A stretch of 64,000 nucleotides of DNA from Akkermansiaceae bacterium UBA7331 (GCA_002471255.1 DKPP01000008.1:42324-106323), one strand, 5' to 3'; shown: positions 51,301 through 62,349, counted from the stretch's first letter. Translations and numbers: made by a program. Notes: generated by a model from the letters alone, not told the origin.

Positions 51301-53946
51301 ACCTGTCGAAACATTATTGGCATTCAAATGCTGATTGATGGCTACCGTACCGGCATATTGTCCCATGTTTTTCAAAGTACCATCTGAAATGGTAATTTGA
51401 TTGGCAATAGCCAATCCTGAAGCATCTAATTCTCCACCGCTCATTATTACCGAACCGGTACCCAAACCTTCAATGGAGCTGACAGTAACAGAACCACTCT
51501 GAATAGTTGTACCACCGGAATAAGTATTATCCCCGGCTAGAGTAAGATTGCCTGTTACCACGATTTTACCTTCACCGGATATAGCATTGGAAGTACCGGT
51601 TTGTTGCACAAAGCCGACTTCATCCGTACGAGCAATTAATAATGTAGAATCTACATCTATGCGAATTTCATCAGCCCACTGAGCGCCACCAGTATTGGCT
51701 TCATTAGAAGCAAACACCATCGTTGCTCCGCCTGTAATCACTAAATTGGCATTGGTACTAAGAGACGTATAAGTGCCATTGGTGTTGACTGTTTGGCCTG
51801 TCCATGTAAATTGATGGGCACCACCAATGGTAACCGTTCCCCATCTGGTATCCGTTGCACCATTTGCCGTGTGGAAATTACCGTTAAACACATTATCCTC
51901 AGTCATGAGGATATTTAAACTACGGTTGGCTGCACTACCATTGGAAGCAGTTAAATTGGCATTTCCAGATAAATTCTGAATAAACAAGGTACCGTTTCCA
52001 ATAGAGTTAGATCCAATAATGACAGCTTGTTTATCACTAGTATCAGTACCCGTATTTAAATTAAAACGTTCATCTTCTGTATTAGCAACGGAAAAAATCA
52101 ATTTTGACGTACCTGTCTGATTACGATTAATCGTTCCGGTAAAGCCGGTCAATGAACCTAAAGTCGTATTTCCTGAAGTATTGGAAAGATTCAAAGTACC
52201 GGCACCGGTAATGTTGGCCGTTGTAGCTGTGGTCAGATTCAGGATCACATTATTCGAAATGGCATAATTTACGGAGCCTGTACCAGGAGCAGCATAATTC
52301 AATATAGCTTGTGTATCTGAAGAATTGGTAAGGCTTAACCATGTCAAATTACTTGTAGCTGTAGCCCAAGTGACAGTATTGCCATTTAAATCCAAATTAA
52401 ATTGATTAGTGCTACTCAAAACATCTGTACCGATAACTAACTTACCGGATAGATCCGTTGTAATACCTTCTCCGTATTTAATAGTACCACTATTAAATGT
52501 CAAATTACCTGAACCTAATGCCGTAGCGGAGCCTAATACAATGGCACCTTCATTTAATGTTGTACCGCCACTGAAAGTATTATCCGTATTGAGGATTAAT
52601 GTACCTGAGCCATTTTTGGTTAAGTTACCATCTCCTTGAATACCAAAACCACCATCAGTAGCGATGGTCCAAGTACCGGCACCATTTACAGTCATTTCAC
52701 CAGGAGACACGTTGGAGACTAAAGAAATAGTTCCGGTCGTTTCCGCCGTATCAGCTGCAGTACCAATAGTTACTTTATCTCCATTGAAAAAGTGGTAATT
52801 ACCTAAAACAGTATCTGAGTTCCATTCGGAGTCAGTCGTTAAACCGGCACCCCATGTACCATCTCCACCCTTCCATGCCAAATCGGCTACCTCGCCACTA
52901 ATCGTTACTTTTAATGAGTTGGCTTCATAGAAATAATGGGCAATACGAGAATTATTGAATGAAGCCAGATCACCGGATAAAGTTCCGGTCGTAGACAACA
53001 ATGTATAAGTGCCTTCAGCGAGGTTGGAATTAAAGCTGAATGTTAAACTATCAGAAAGAGTAACATTGCTAGTAGCAAAACTTAAAGCGGTGATGCTTTC
53101 AGCAGTATAGGCAATCGTACCACTGAGTGTCAAATTGGTAGACCCTGAAATAGTACCACCATTTGCACCTACAGAGAGATTGCCATTGAAAGCTGTAACT
53201 TCACCAGCTAATAAGATGGAACCTGAATTGATTGTAACATTCCCCATGTTGACGGTTGTGCCTGTCGTGATGGAGGAGATGTCAAGAGACGAATTAGCAG
53301 AAATATTCCATGCTACATTCGAAAATGATAAAATCCCATTAGTAACAGTCAACCCATTCAATGACAAAGCACCTCCACCTTGTAGATTCATTGTTTTCGT
53401 ATTGCCACTACCCTGAAAAGTTTTCGCATAAACCGACATGGTTTTGCCTGCAGCAATATTGAAATTGGCATCGGCATGGAAAAATAAATCTTTCCATGAA
53501 ACTGACGAACTGCCTACAGAAAAATCATTATCTATGATAAAATTTGTCTGACCTTCCGTACCGGCTCCTGCCGTTGCGTCTGTAGCAGATGTAGCTCTAA
53601 AATTAATACTACGGGTTGTATCAGCGGGAATCAAATTATAGCCTTCAGCTCCACTTTCAACCCAAATACCTGCTAGAGAAAGAGTATTAAAAGAAACATT
53701 GGGAGACTTATTAGTTGTGGAAATATTTGTAAATTTGATCACATTCGTCGATGTACCAGCCCAGATGCTTGACCACGACTCAGTAAAGATTGGATCATAA
53801 TTATCCTTATCATGCAAATTATTATCCTTAGAACCAGTCCATTCATAAATATCGGCAAACGATGCGGATGTACTTGCTAGGACAGCAACTGACGACAATA
53901 AACTCAAAAGCGATTTACGCAAAAATAGTGGAAGATGGATTCTCAT
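48352..53946 (-). CDS. Autotransporter (type Va) with beta-helical passenger and PATR repeats
   Basis: MRIHLP signal; G/N/T/S-rich passenger; LTKNGSGTLIL..NTFSGGT repeat; C-terminal beta-barrel ending GYRYSF. Start at 53946 rather than 53961. Confidence 0.92.
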   Translation of the reverse strand: MRIHLPLFLRKSLLSLLSSVAVLASTSASFADIYEWTGSKDNNLHDKDNYDPIFTESWSSIWAGTSTNVIKFTNISTTNKSPNVSFNTLSLAGIWVESGAEGYNLIPADTTRSINFRATSATDATAGAGTEGQTNFIIDNDFSVGSSSVSWKDLFFHADANFNIAAGKTMSVYAKTFQGSGNTKTMNLQGGGALSLNGLTVTNGILSFSNVAWNISANSSLDISSITTGTTVNMGNVTINSGSILLAGEVTAFNGNLSVGANGGTISGSTNLTLSGTIAYTAESITALSFATSNVTLSDSLTFSFNSNLAEGTYTLLSTTGTLSGDLASFNNSRIAHYFYEANSLKVTISGEVADLAWKGGDGTWGAGLTTDSEWNSDTVLGNYHFFNGDKVTIGTAADTAETTGTISLVSNVSPGEMTVNGAGTWTIATDGGFGIQGDGNLTKNGSGTLILNTDNTFSGGTTLNEGAIVLGSATALGSGNLTFNSGTIKYGEGITTDLSGKLVIGTDVLSSTNQFNLDLNGNTVTWATATSNLTWLSLTNSSDTQAILNYAAPGTGSVNYAISNNVILNLTTATTANITGAGTLNLSNTSGNTTLGSLTGFTGTINRNQTGTSKLIFSVANTEDERFNLNTGTDTSDKQAVIIGSNSIGNGTLFIQNLSGNANLTASNGSAANRSLNILMTEDNVFNGNFHTANGATDTRWGTVTIGGAHQFTWTGQTVNTNGTYTSLSTNANLVITGGATMVFASNEANTGGAQWADEIRIDVDSTLLIARTDEVGFVQQTGTSNAISGEGKIVVTGNLTLAGDNTYSGGTTIQSGSVTVSSIEGLGTGSVIMSGGELDASGLAIANQITISDGTLKNMGQYAGTVAINQHLNANNVSTGNINLGGLSGNKITELNLGYDYTSNQIGSISGVSGNITVSSATLGANLGSLVNGNTAGTGCIEFSSSSGTLTITDSLNLAITNDLAAHMLDSRGNIVLQLTNGGLVSLGDGLTILVDSQYNSIKNLFSFTTSGNGTITLSSGEGNILYVAAGTSQDVVNAGDINSLNLDYVVVDGTLNVSLPEAGNTILDLNGLEGAVSTAMIDTSGSESNAILMLNQSGKGDAVSSYAGSIQGNAQLQKNDDYKQIIGGSVSATGIKVTGGELVINGNTTLTEYGWAVIDANAILTLNGLTNTIKHLTNNGSFFLGGKDSTTTVETLIQGNGSSVNFSNGAELVIGSNGFELTSSVTGNGTLTLNNGVLSVGANGSIGNDTSVNLGAQASLNVQNNLSLGALAGTGTVQFANADSSIELGSATNSFSGSFNGAGSINLAGGGTQEFTGVTGAQQVNLGVSNGTLILSDCEFGALTVGGVARQAGTAHVIFDITNGEKLPNVTLSSLNTQGGTLTFNTSVSNLTELQEKALVSVTGDIALNNTQLVLDNNVEFQSGDLSSYSFVLISGDSVSSFTGNSLTVKGLQGLIYNYELEQSGNDIIVNASKAETNAFAGAALTQNALAGANLLNDSKFIASANRNSTLFALSDAVAQMIQSGNIGTASQTMAAAAGSTLTSYGMAQNNALKDQMVWLRNRTTQMGVNQSVTNEDMPYYNMWVQGTGSYNKLNSSGDESGYTLSTWGGTVGVDVDLSDRVTVGLAFSAQFGDLKASAADHAKGDLDSYYLNGFVRFQDRKWAHTVIVTGVRNDGKLTRTVDYGTGSYDAHSKTNGYGIGAMYELTYDYALNEENTSVLQPLFNASVAHTSMDGFDETGADMAGLKVGKQDMTVATLALGGRWMGVIGSNLFGRESFAEARVNVAQDFGDDRSKVNVGFLGNPNFMQNVQGAKIGTTAIQLGAGLTVPVGVQSSFFIDANADFRSGASSFNGSLGYRYSF

Positions 53947-54162
53947 AACTCTAAAAGACAATTGAAACGTCGTGTAAATATCATCTTAATAGAAATGCTC
54001 AAGAATAATTCATGTGATACAATTTGTCACTTAGGCAAAATAGAACCAAAAAAAACCATCGAAAATCTTAAATACCGTTTGCTGTTAAAGAATAATCAAT
54101 CTAAAAAATATGAATGTATTTTTTTTGTGGTTTTGACATGACTGTAAAAAAATGAACGAATA

Positions 54163-54194
54163 AAGGCTGCTCATCCAATAGATAGAGCAGCCTT
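54163..54194 (-). terminator. Intrinsic terminator between the two autotransporters
   Basis: aaggctgctc/gagcagcctt stem about 26 nt after the stop of the 2057-aa gene. Confidence 0.65.
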
Positions 54195-54220
54195 GAAACG
54201 TGAAATTTCTAAGTCGATTT

Positions 54221-57200
54221 TTAGAAGTTATAGCGATAGCCAAGACTACCATTTACAGAGGAAGCACCACTTCTAAAATCAGCGTTAGCATCAACAAATA
54301 TACTACTTTCTTCTCCAATAGGCATCGTTAACCCGGCACCAATTTGGGCAGCTGTAGTGCCTATTTTGGCTCCCTGCACTGATTGCATCATGCCTGAGTT
54401 ACCTAAGAAACCAACATTGACTTTGGAACGATCATCACCGAAATCTTGAGCAACATTGACTCGAACCTCGGCAAAAGATTCTCTGCCTAATACATTGCTA
54501 CCAATGACACCTATCCAACGACCACCTAAAGCCAAGGTAGCTACAGTCATGTCTTGTTTACCTGTAGTAAGACCTGCCAAGTCAGCTCCGGTTTCGTCAA
54601 AACCATCCATGGAGGTATGAGCCACAGACACATTTGCCAATGGTTGTAAAATAGATGTCTTCTCCTCATTTAACGCATAGTCGTAGGTTAATTCATACAT
54701 AGCTCCGATACCATAACCATTTGTTTTGCTGTGAGCATCGTAAGAGCCTGAACCATAATCTACGGTACGACTTAATTTCCCATCATTTCTAACACCTGTA
54801 ACGATTAAGGTATGGGCCCATTGACGAACTTGATAACGCGCAAAACCATTCAGATAATACGAATCTAAATCGCCTTTGGCTCGATCGGCTGCTTTAGCTT
54901 CCAAATCTCCAAATTGTGCACTAAATGCCAAACCTACGGTCAAGCGTTCGTTAAGATCGACATCGACACCAACCGTACCACCCCATGTGGAAAGAGAATA
55001 ACCACTTTCATCACCGGATGAATTAAGTTTGTTATAAGAACCGGTACCCTGTACCCACATATTATAGTATGGCATGTCGTTATTCACGACTGATTGATTG
55101 ACACCCATTTGAGTCGTGCGGTTTCTTAACCATCCCATTTGGTCACGTAATGCAGTATTCTGAGCTATGCCATAGCTTGTAAGAGTAGAACCTACGGCAG
55201 CAGCCATAGAAGTAGCTGCAGTAGCATGGTCTCCTGATTGTATGGAACGAGCTACAGCATCACTTAATTGATATAAAGTACTAGTTTTATTAGCATCGGC
55301 AATAAGCTTGGATGAATCGAGCAAATTAGCACCCACTGTCGAATGGTAAGTATTGGCTGCCACTAAGAACTTGTTTTCAGTTGCTTTACTACCTGAAACA
55401 ATAATTTTGTCACCACTTTGAGACATAGTGAAATCATAGATCATTTCTTGCAATCCCAAAACAGAAAGAGTATTGGAGCTAAAATCAACTACCTTTCCAC
55501 CCTCTATTAATGTAAAGCTGAAAGAATCCACCTCGTTTGCATTGAAAGAAAGTTTGTTATCAATAACCACTTTGGTATTGGAAATTGATACATTACCTTC
55601 TACTGACACAAAAGCATGATCTTGTAATTGCTCTACACCAGAGGCAGAAGTTTCAAATAACATCTCACCACTTGTCGCAGTTAAGCTCTTTAATTCTACC
55701 TGTGGTATATTTTCACCTGCTTGTAATTTGAAGCTTAGCTTTTGTGAAGCATCGGACCTAATACCTTGAGTCCCCATACTCACATTACCATATTGGCCAG
55801 ATAATAAAATGAGTTCACCATTTACAATTGATAAATCAACATTTTGTGATCCTACACCGCCACCCAAAGTTTGCTTGCCTCCACCAATCATGCTTAATGT
55901 TCCCGAACCGGTAAAACTACCATCAAACGTGTCTGTAGCTCCACCCAATTCGATTACAGAACCATCTTGAGCGAAATTAACTGTACCTTCACCACTCAAA
56001 GCGCCAATAGATAGATTGTTATCAACTTGTAATGTAGCATCTTTACCTAATCCTAAACTTACATGAGAACCAACGGAAGCTCCATTGCCCAATGTCAGAT
56101 TACCTTGCTCTAATTTCAAAGCACCTGTGCCATTCAACACTGAGGTAAGCTCTAATCCATTAGAAGTTACAAGTAAGGTAGCTCCATTATTAAAATTGAC
56201 GGCTCCTCCTTGTACCCAAGTCTCTACGCTCGTCGTAGAGTTTTTGCCGGATAATGTCAAGGAGCCTTGTGTGGTTAATGTACCTGCAATGGTATTATTA
56301 GTACCGTCTAAAATAAGACTAGTACCATTAGCTACCGTAACATCACCGCCTTGAGTAACCGTTAAATTACCTCCAATCGACAAAGTACCGCCTACAACGT
56401 TTAAACCGGTAGTTGTCACATAACCACCAATTTTTTGAGTGTATGTATCATTTTTTTGGATTTGAGCATTACCTGTTATAGAGCCGGAATAACTCATTAC
56501 GGCATCCTTAGAACCTGATTCGTTAAGTTGGAGCACCAAATCGGCACTAGATCCGCTTGTGTTAATAAGTGCTGAAGAAACACCCCCTTCCAAACCATTA
56601 ATTTGTAATCCATTTGAACCGGCTGGAATATTATCAATATTGATCATCCAGTTGCCGTCAATTACCGCATACTTATACTCAACCAAATTAAATTCATCTA
56701 GTGAGCTGATGGTTTTGGTTGAATTAGCGGAAACCACATATCCGTTGACACCTAGATATGTCAAAGTGATGCTTCCATTACCTGTGGCGCCCAATTCATA
56801 GGCAGCTTTGATTGAATTATATTGAGTATCTAAAATAAAATCTAAATTATTCCCTAAAGTAATGTTTCCTCCACTGGTTAACTGAATTATCGTATCAGAC
56901 TTATTTTCTAGCATTTGCGCAGCCAAATCATTAGTAATGGCCAATGTGAGGGTATCAGTAACAGTTAACGAACCTCCATCTGCACCAAAATCAATCACGT
57001 AAGATGGGGTATTGCCTGCACCATTTACCATGCTTGCGTTGACTCCCAATGTGGCATTGCTCAAAGAAATTGCACCGCTCACGCCGGAAATACTACCAAC
57101 TTCGTTGGTTTGTAGATTGTAACCTAAATCAAGTTGATTAATACGATTACCTGCCAGACCACCTAACTGAATATTGGATGGGGCAGATGGCTGACCATTA

Positions 57201-60200
57201 ACATTTTGATTGATAGAAACATTACCTGTCAATCTGTCAACGTTACTAAGAGAACCTCCTGAAATAGTAATATTATTAGCTATAGCCAAGTGGTTAAAGT
57301 CAACGGAACCTGAATTGACGGTAAGAGAACCTGTACCCAAACCACTTACATTGCTAACAATGATATCACCACCATCGACCAGAGTACCACCGGTATATGT
57401 GTTATTACCTGCTAAGGTTGCCTTACCTGTAATTACTACCTGACCGGCACCGGAAATTTGATTATCATTACCAGTTTGTTGCACAAAACCTGTAGCATCA
57501 TTACGAGAAATCAATAACGTTGAATTCGCATCAATTTGAATTTCGTCTCGCCATTGACCACCACCGGAATTATCAGCTTTTGCTGCAAACTCCATTGTGG
57601 CGCCATTGGTGATTAACAATTTCGCATTGGTGCCTAAACTTATATAACCACCGTTATTGTTAACACTTGATCCGGTCCAAGAAAAGGTATGTTCACCACC
57701 AATTGTGATCGTCCCCCAGCGGTTACCGGCAGCTGAATGAAAATTACCATGGTAGGTATTATCCTCACTCATCAATACATCCAATCCACGATCGACAACA
57801 TCGCCACCATAAGAGGTAGAAAGATTTGAATTACCTGTCAAACTTGAAAGGTATAAAGTATCACCTGTAGCCCAGCCTCCGTTATCATTACCTATTAAAA
57901 TTGATTGAGCCGTTGCCGTATTGTTACCGGTATTGAGATTGAATCGATCATTTTCAGTATTAGAAGCAGCAAACTGTATGGATGCCCCTGAAGTGGTCTG
58001 CAAATTATCAATGGTACCATTAAAACCGGTCAAGCTACCAATCAACATGATCGAATTATTGGTATTAGCTACATTTAATGTACCTTTGCCCGATAAATCA
58101 ATACCATTGGCCACTGTATTATTCGCAGCAGTAGAACTACCATTTGTTGTCGTCACTTGTAAAATGGAATTTTCATCTATTGCAAAGGATCTGGTAACAG
58201 TCGCACCGGTGTAAATCAATTTACCTATAGTATCCGCACTATTTGACAGATTGATCCAATTGATCGCTGTGGCCCATGTAACAGTGTTACCATTAATATC
58301 CAAATTGATTTGATTGGTAGCTGAGAGATTGGTTTGGTCAATTTTATTAGACAAATCACCGCTGAAACCTGCTTGATAGGCTAAGATACCTCCATTAAAA
58401 ATAACTTGCCCGGAACCCAAAGCCCCTGCACTACCTACATATAAACTACCGGATGTTAATTTGGTACCACCGGAATAGGTATTTTCCGTATTAAATGTCG
58501 TTTTTCCGCCATTCGTGGCAATTTCAACTTGCCCTGATCCGGAAATAGATCCATCGCCGCTAAATACATAACCATCAGCAGTAACAATCATACTACCGGG
58601 AGAAACATTACCTACGATTTGAACATTTTTCTCTCCATCAGCACCAAAAGTTATATTGTCTTGATTATAGAAAATATCAGCGATGTCACCATTGGAATTA
58701 TTGATCCAATTTTTATCCGTACCACCAAATTGCCAGATTCCCGATGTATTTCCTGCCCATGTTAGGTTAGCAACCTCTCCATCTAAAGAAGTCACATCAA
58801 ATATAATGGTTTTATTATCAGCACCTAATTTAAGCTCACCTTGAATAGCTCGCGTATCAGGTATCCATGATGCAAACATATCCGATGTCAAAGTAGCCGT
58901 TTGGGAAGTAAATAACGTATAACTAGCACCGGCAGTCAAATCGGCTTTATCAAGGATAAGGTCAAAATTCATTTTCTCACCAAGAGTAAGTGATCCTCCT
59001 GTATAAGTGATGCTATCTTGAACAGTATTACCTACGTTCATCACAAATTTTGATGATGATGAATTAATATTAAGTTGAGAGGTTGTTAATGAATATGACC
59101 TGTCTGTGCCTCCCAAATCTAGTATACCACCATTCATTGTTAATTTTGCAGAAGTACCTAGAGCATGCTCTCCTTGAATAATAACCGTTCCTGAATTTAG
59201 AATACTTTGTCCATTAAAACCACTATTAGACGTCGACATGGTGAAAGAAACCGTATTCTTTAGCATTGCAAACTCCAATGTACCTATCCCCGTAATTAGG
59301 TTACCAGTACCCGACCGTATTTTGTTTGAATCATATGCCAATCGTAATGTACCCTGCTCAGCAATATCAATACTTCTAGACCAAATTACTTCATTTGAAA
59401 GCTCAACAATTGCATTACCTATTTTTAACCCTTGAGTTTGAACAGTTGTTGTAGCATTGAACATTTCAGAATTCCCATTTAACTTCAGAGTAAGAGGATT
59501 ATCAGTAGTACTATTAACAATGAAGTCACCAAAACGACTACCACTATCATCAATTCTTCCTCCCCATTCACATGATTCGGTCATAGCGATATTGAGATGA
59601 CGAGCGCCTGATCCATATTTTGAAGAAAAAGTACCATCCCCATTCAAATTTTGTAAATACAGTGTATTGTTCGCGCCCGATATAACTAAGGTCATATCTC
59701 CGGCAGCCTTTGCTATATTCAGGCTAAACCGGTTCTCAGCCGTATTCCCTCCACCCATAACAAACATCACTCGTTTTAATGAACCATTAATTGCTTCTGC
59801 AGCAATATTCATCGTACCCGTAAAACCTGCAGCACCAACCGTAAAATAATTTCGATCGTTCGTATTAACGAGGGATTTAATATTTAATGTACCAGCACCA
59901 ACAATACCATAGGCATTGGCTGCAGATGAGTTTGCGCTAATAGGTACTCCGGAGAGTGTCAAAGAAGATCCGGCAGCTATATTTAATGTTTTGTCTGCAA
60001 TTTCCAACTTGGCGTTCATAATCACATCAACGCCGGTTCCGATGCTAAAACTCGCAACTGTCAGCGAATCATTAGTACCGCCATTGAAAGTATACGATCC
60101 AAGGCCGGATACAACGAAATTACCGGCGGCAATCGCGTTTGCTTCATCGGCATTTGCATCGATATTGATTGTATATTCTCCATCGACAACACCTTGAGAA

Positions 60201-60394
60201 AACTCAACATTGTCGTTAGGTGCAAATGTGGCGTCAGTACCACCATTCGTCCAAACATTTTCAGCAGTCCAGAGACCGGATCCATTATCAGAACCCTTCC
60301 AAACTAGATCAGCCGCTGAAACAGTCGACGGTAGGCAGAAGGAACAAGCCGATAGCACTGCAATAAGCAATTTATGGGGAAGATGCAATTTCAT
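54221..60394 (-). CDS. Autotransporter (type Va), paralog of the adjacent gene
   Basis: MKLHLPHKLLIAVLSAC signal; NTYSGGT/NTYTGGT PATR repeats; barrel ending GYRYNF. Confidence 0.93.
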   Translation of the reverse strand: MKLHLPHKLLIAVLSACSFCLPSTVSAADLVWKGSDNGSGLWTAENVWTNGGTDATFAPNDNVEFSQGVVDGEYTINIDANADEANAIAAGNFVVSGLGSYTFNGGTNDSLTVASFSIGTGVDVIMNAKLEIADKTLNIAAGSSLTLSGVPISANSSAANAYGIVGAGTLNIKSLVNTNDRNYFTVGAAGFTGTMNIAAEAINGSLKRVMFVMGGGNTAENRFSLNIAKAAGDMTLVISGANNTLYLQNLNGDGTFSSKYGSGARHLNIAMTESCEWGGRIDDSGSRFGDFIVNSTTDNPLTLKLNGNSEMFNATTTVQTQGLKIGNAIVELSNEVIWSRSIDIAEQGTLRLAYDSNKIRSGTGNLITGIGTLEFAMLKNTVSFTMSTSNSGFNGQSILNSGTVIIQGEHALGTSAKLTMNGGILDLGGTDRSYSLTTSQLNINSSSSKFVMNVGNTVQDSITYTGGSLTLGEKMNFDLILDKADLTAGASYTLFTSQTATLTSDMFASWIPDTRAIQGELKLGADNKTIIFDVTSLDGEVANLTWAGNTSGIWQFGGTDKNWINNSNGDIADIFYNQDNITFGADGEKNVQIVGNVSPGSMIVTADGYVFSGDGSISGSGQVEIATNGGKTTFNTENTYSGGTKLTSGSLYVGSAGALGSGQVIFNGGILAYQAGFSGDLSNKIDQTNLSATNQINLDINGNTVTWATAINWINLSNSADTIGKLIYTGATVTRSFAIDENSILQVTTTNGSSTAANNTVANGIDLSGKGTLNVANTNNSIMLIGSLTGFNGTIDNLQTTSGASIQFAASNTENDRFNLNTGNNTATAQSILIGNDNGGWATGDTLYLSSLTGNSNLSTSYGGDVVDRGLDVLMSEDNTYHGNFHSAAGNRWGTITIGGEHTFSWTGSSVNNNGGYISLGTNAKLLITNGATMEFAAKADNSGGGQWRDEIQIDANSTLLISRNDATGFVQQTGNDNQISGAGQVVITGKATLAGNNTYTGGTLVDGGDIIVSNVSGLGTGSLTVNSGSVDFNHLAIANNITISGGSLSNVDRLTGNVSINQNVNGQPSAPSNIQLGGLAGNRINQLDLGYNLQTNEVGSISGVSGAISLSNATLGVNASMVNGAGNTPSYVIDFGADGGSLTVTDTLTLAITNDLAAQMLENKSDTIIQLTSGGNITLGNNLDFILDTQYNSIKAAYELGATGNGSITLTYLGVNGYVVSANSTKTISSLDEFNLVEYKYAVIDGNWMINIDNIPAGSNGLQINGLEGGVSSALINTSGSSADLVLQLNESGSKDAVMSYSGSITGNAQIQKNDTYTQKIGGYVTTTGLNVVGGTLSIGGNLTVTQGGDVTVANGTSLILDGTNNTIAGTLTTQGSLTLSGKNSTTSVETWVQGGAVNFNNGATLLVTSNGLELTSVLNGTGALKLEQGNLTLGNGASVGSHVSLGLGKDATLQVDNNLSIGALSGEGTVNFAQDGSVIELGGATDTFDGSFTGSGTLSMIGGGKQTLGGGVGSQNVDLSIVNGELILLSGQYGNVSMGTQGIRSDASQKLSFKLQAGENIPQVELKSLTATSGEMLFETSASGVEQLQDHAFVSVEGNVSISNTKVVIDNKLSFNANEVDSFSFTLIEGGKVVDFSSNTLSVLGLQEMIYDFTMSQSGDKIIVSGSKATENKFLVAANTYHSTVGANLLDSSKLIADANKTSTLYQLSDAVARSIQSGDHATAATSMAAAVGSTLTSYGIAQNTALRDQMGWLRNRTTQMGVNQSVVNNDMPYYNMWVQGTGSYNKLNSSGDESGYSLSTWGGTVGVDVDLNERLTVGLAFSAQFGDLEAKAADRAKGDLDSYYLNGFARYQVRQWAHTLIVTGVRNDGKLSRTVDYGSGSYDAHSKTNGYGIGAMYELTYDYALNEEKTSILQPLANVSVAHTSMDGFDETGADLAGLTTGKQDMTVATLALGGRWIGVIGSNVLGRESFAEVRVNVAQDFGDDRSKVNVGFLGNSGMMQSVQGAKIGTTAAQIGAGLTMPIGEESSIFVDANADFRSGASSVNGSLGYRYNF

Positions 60395-60587
60395 AATATA
60401 AAAAATATAAAGATGAGTATTATTTCTTCTTCATATTATGACACTTTTTTCAAGTTGCAATATTCTTGACCCCTTTCATGCAAAGGAACCAAAAAGGCTA
60501 GCAATTAAAAGCAATAATCGCTTAATTACCAACAATCAACCAAAACACCCATTTTGCAAAACAATCCAAAACAGGATCATTATCTCT

Positions 60588-61646
60588 TTAATAATTCACA
60601 ACTGGAGAACTATTTTTTATAGAATTTTGTTGAAATTTCTCACAAAAACTAAATGACTGTTTTTTTAGTTCACCCCAAAAGATTTCGTTATCCACAAATG
60701 GATACATCAGAGTTTTTGTAAAACGTTCAATACGCTTTTCCATAGCCAACCGTTCCAAATCATCAATGGATTGATAGACCTGTGTTATAGCATCTAGATA
60801 AAGAAGCGAATCGTGGCACACTAAGGGGATATCACATCCCGCTAACCAAGACAGACGGCATGCTTCGCTAATAGATACTAACTTTGTAATGGCCCCCATG
60901 CACAAATCATCTGTAAAAACAATGCCCTTATAACCGATTAAATCACGCAATAAACGATGCAATATCACAGGAGATAAAGTCACCGGCCATTTATCATCAA
61001 ACTGAGGCATCATAATGTGAGCCGTCATGACAGCAGGCAATTCAGGACATAAGGACATGAAGGGCAACATGTCTGAAACTTGCAATTCCGATTCGCTCAA
61101 ATCGATCCGAGGCAAGTCAAAATGAGGATCGCAAAGAGCCCTACCCATCCCGGGAAAATGTTTACCACAACAAGATGTGCCATAATAAATATGCTGACGT
61201 ATGAAGACACCGGCGTTCGAAATTACATCTTGAGCATTATTGCCCCAACACCGGCTAGGTAATGCGTTATTAACCGTCTCGTCATAGCATATATCCAAAA
61301 CAGGAGCCATATTCAGATTGACCCCTAAATACCTCAAGCCATGAGCAGTCAAACGCGCAAAAGTTGAAATATCCTTTGCATTACCAAACTTTTGCACAGC
61401 ACCGGCAGAGGGTAAAAACCAATCTAAAGCCCCGGTACGTACAACACGACCGCCTTCCTGATCCATCGCAATAATGGGATGGTGGAAACACAACGATCGT
61501 AAATGAGATGTTAACGCACGCACCTGCTCGACCGATTCCACATTACGTGAAAACAAAATAAAGCCGGCAGGCTGCACACGCTGAATACACTGTACCTCAT
61601 CGTCAGTAAGACTGCATCCTTCTATTCCGATAAGTACAGGCAACAT
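60588..61646 (-). CDS. nagZ: GH3 beta-N-acetylhexosaminidase
   Basis: ILFSRN, DQEGGRV, APVLD, KHFPGMG....DPH, MTAH, TDDLCMGA. Confidence 0.88.
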   Translation of the reverse strand: MLPVLIGIEGCSLTDDEVQCIQRVQPAGFILFSRNVESVEQVRALTSHLRSLCFHHPIIAMDQEGGRVVRTGALDWFLPSAGAVQKFGNAKDISTFARLTAHGLRYLGVNLNMAPVLDICYDETVNNALPSRCWGNNAQDVISNAGVFIRQHIYYGTSCCGKHFPGMGRALCDPHFDLPRIDLSESELQVSDMLPFMSLCPELPAVMTAHIMMPQFDDKWPVTLSPVILHRLLRDLIGYKGIVFTDDLCMGAITKLVSISEACRLSWLAGCDIPLVCHDSLLYLDAITQVYQSIDDLERLAMEKRIERFTKTLMYPFVDNEIFWGELKKQSFSFCEKFQQNSIKNSSPVVNY

Positions 61647-61657
61647 AAACTTATTAT

Positions 61658-62233
61658 TTATCCGTTCAACAAAGTAGAACGAGAGTACAATGGATACACA
61701 GGAATGCCACGGGCTTCAATAGCTTCACGACCACCTTCTTCACGGTCAACTAAAACTAAAGCTGCAACAACCTTGCCACCTTCTTCTTCAATAGCGTCAA
61801 TGGCCTTTAATGTAGAACCGCCGGTAGTAATCACATCGTCCACGACAATCACACTATCACCGGATTGGAAGTTACCTTCAATACGGCGACCACGGCCATG
61901 ACCTTTAGGCTCCTTACGAACGGTAAATACCTGGATTGGCTTCTCTTCACCCAATAAAGCGCTAGTCATACCGACAGCTAAAGAGATCGGGTCAGCACCC
62001 ATTGTCATACCGCCAATAGCAGCCACATCAGGGAACTGTGACAAAATTTCAGATTTCACCTTTTGCCAACCCAAAGAACCAACTAGCGTAGCTCCTACAG
62101 GATCAAGAGCCGTCACACGGCAATCGACATACAAATCGGATTCTTTACCGGAAGCAAGCGTAAATTTACCAGTGCGTACCGATTTGGTAAGCAAAATATC
62201 TTTTAATTGATCGTATTGTTCAGATTGACTCAT
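61658..62233 (-). CDS. pyrE: Orotate phosphoribosyltransferase
   Basis: FTLASG..S..YVD, RKEPKGHG, VVDDVITTGGS, VDR; start at MSQSEQ (62233). Confidence 0.95.
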   Translation of the reverse strand: MSQSEQYDQLKDILLTKSVRTGKFTLASGKESDLYVDCRVTALDPVGATLVGSLGWQKVKSEILSQFPDVAAIGGMTMGADPISLAVGMTSALLGEEKPIQVFTVRKEPKGHGRGRRIEGNFQSGDSVIVVDDVITTGGSTLKAIDAIEEEGGKVVAALVLVDREEGGREAIEARGIPVYPLYSRSTLLNG

Positions 62234-62349
62234 AATTTTACAGTGGTCTAAGTGTTTGATGGTACTACAAGCTTTTTCAATAATCAATACGTATCATAAA
62301 TTCTGTAAAAACTTCATCAGTTCAAAACAAACATCGAAAAATATGACAA

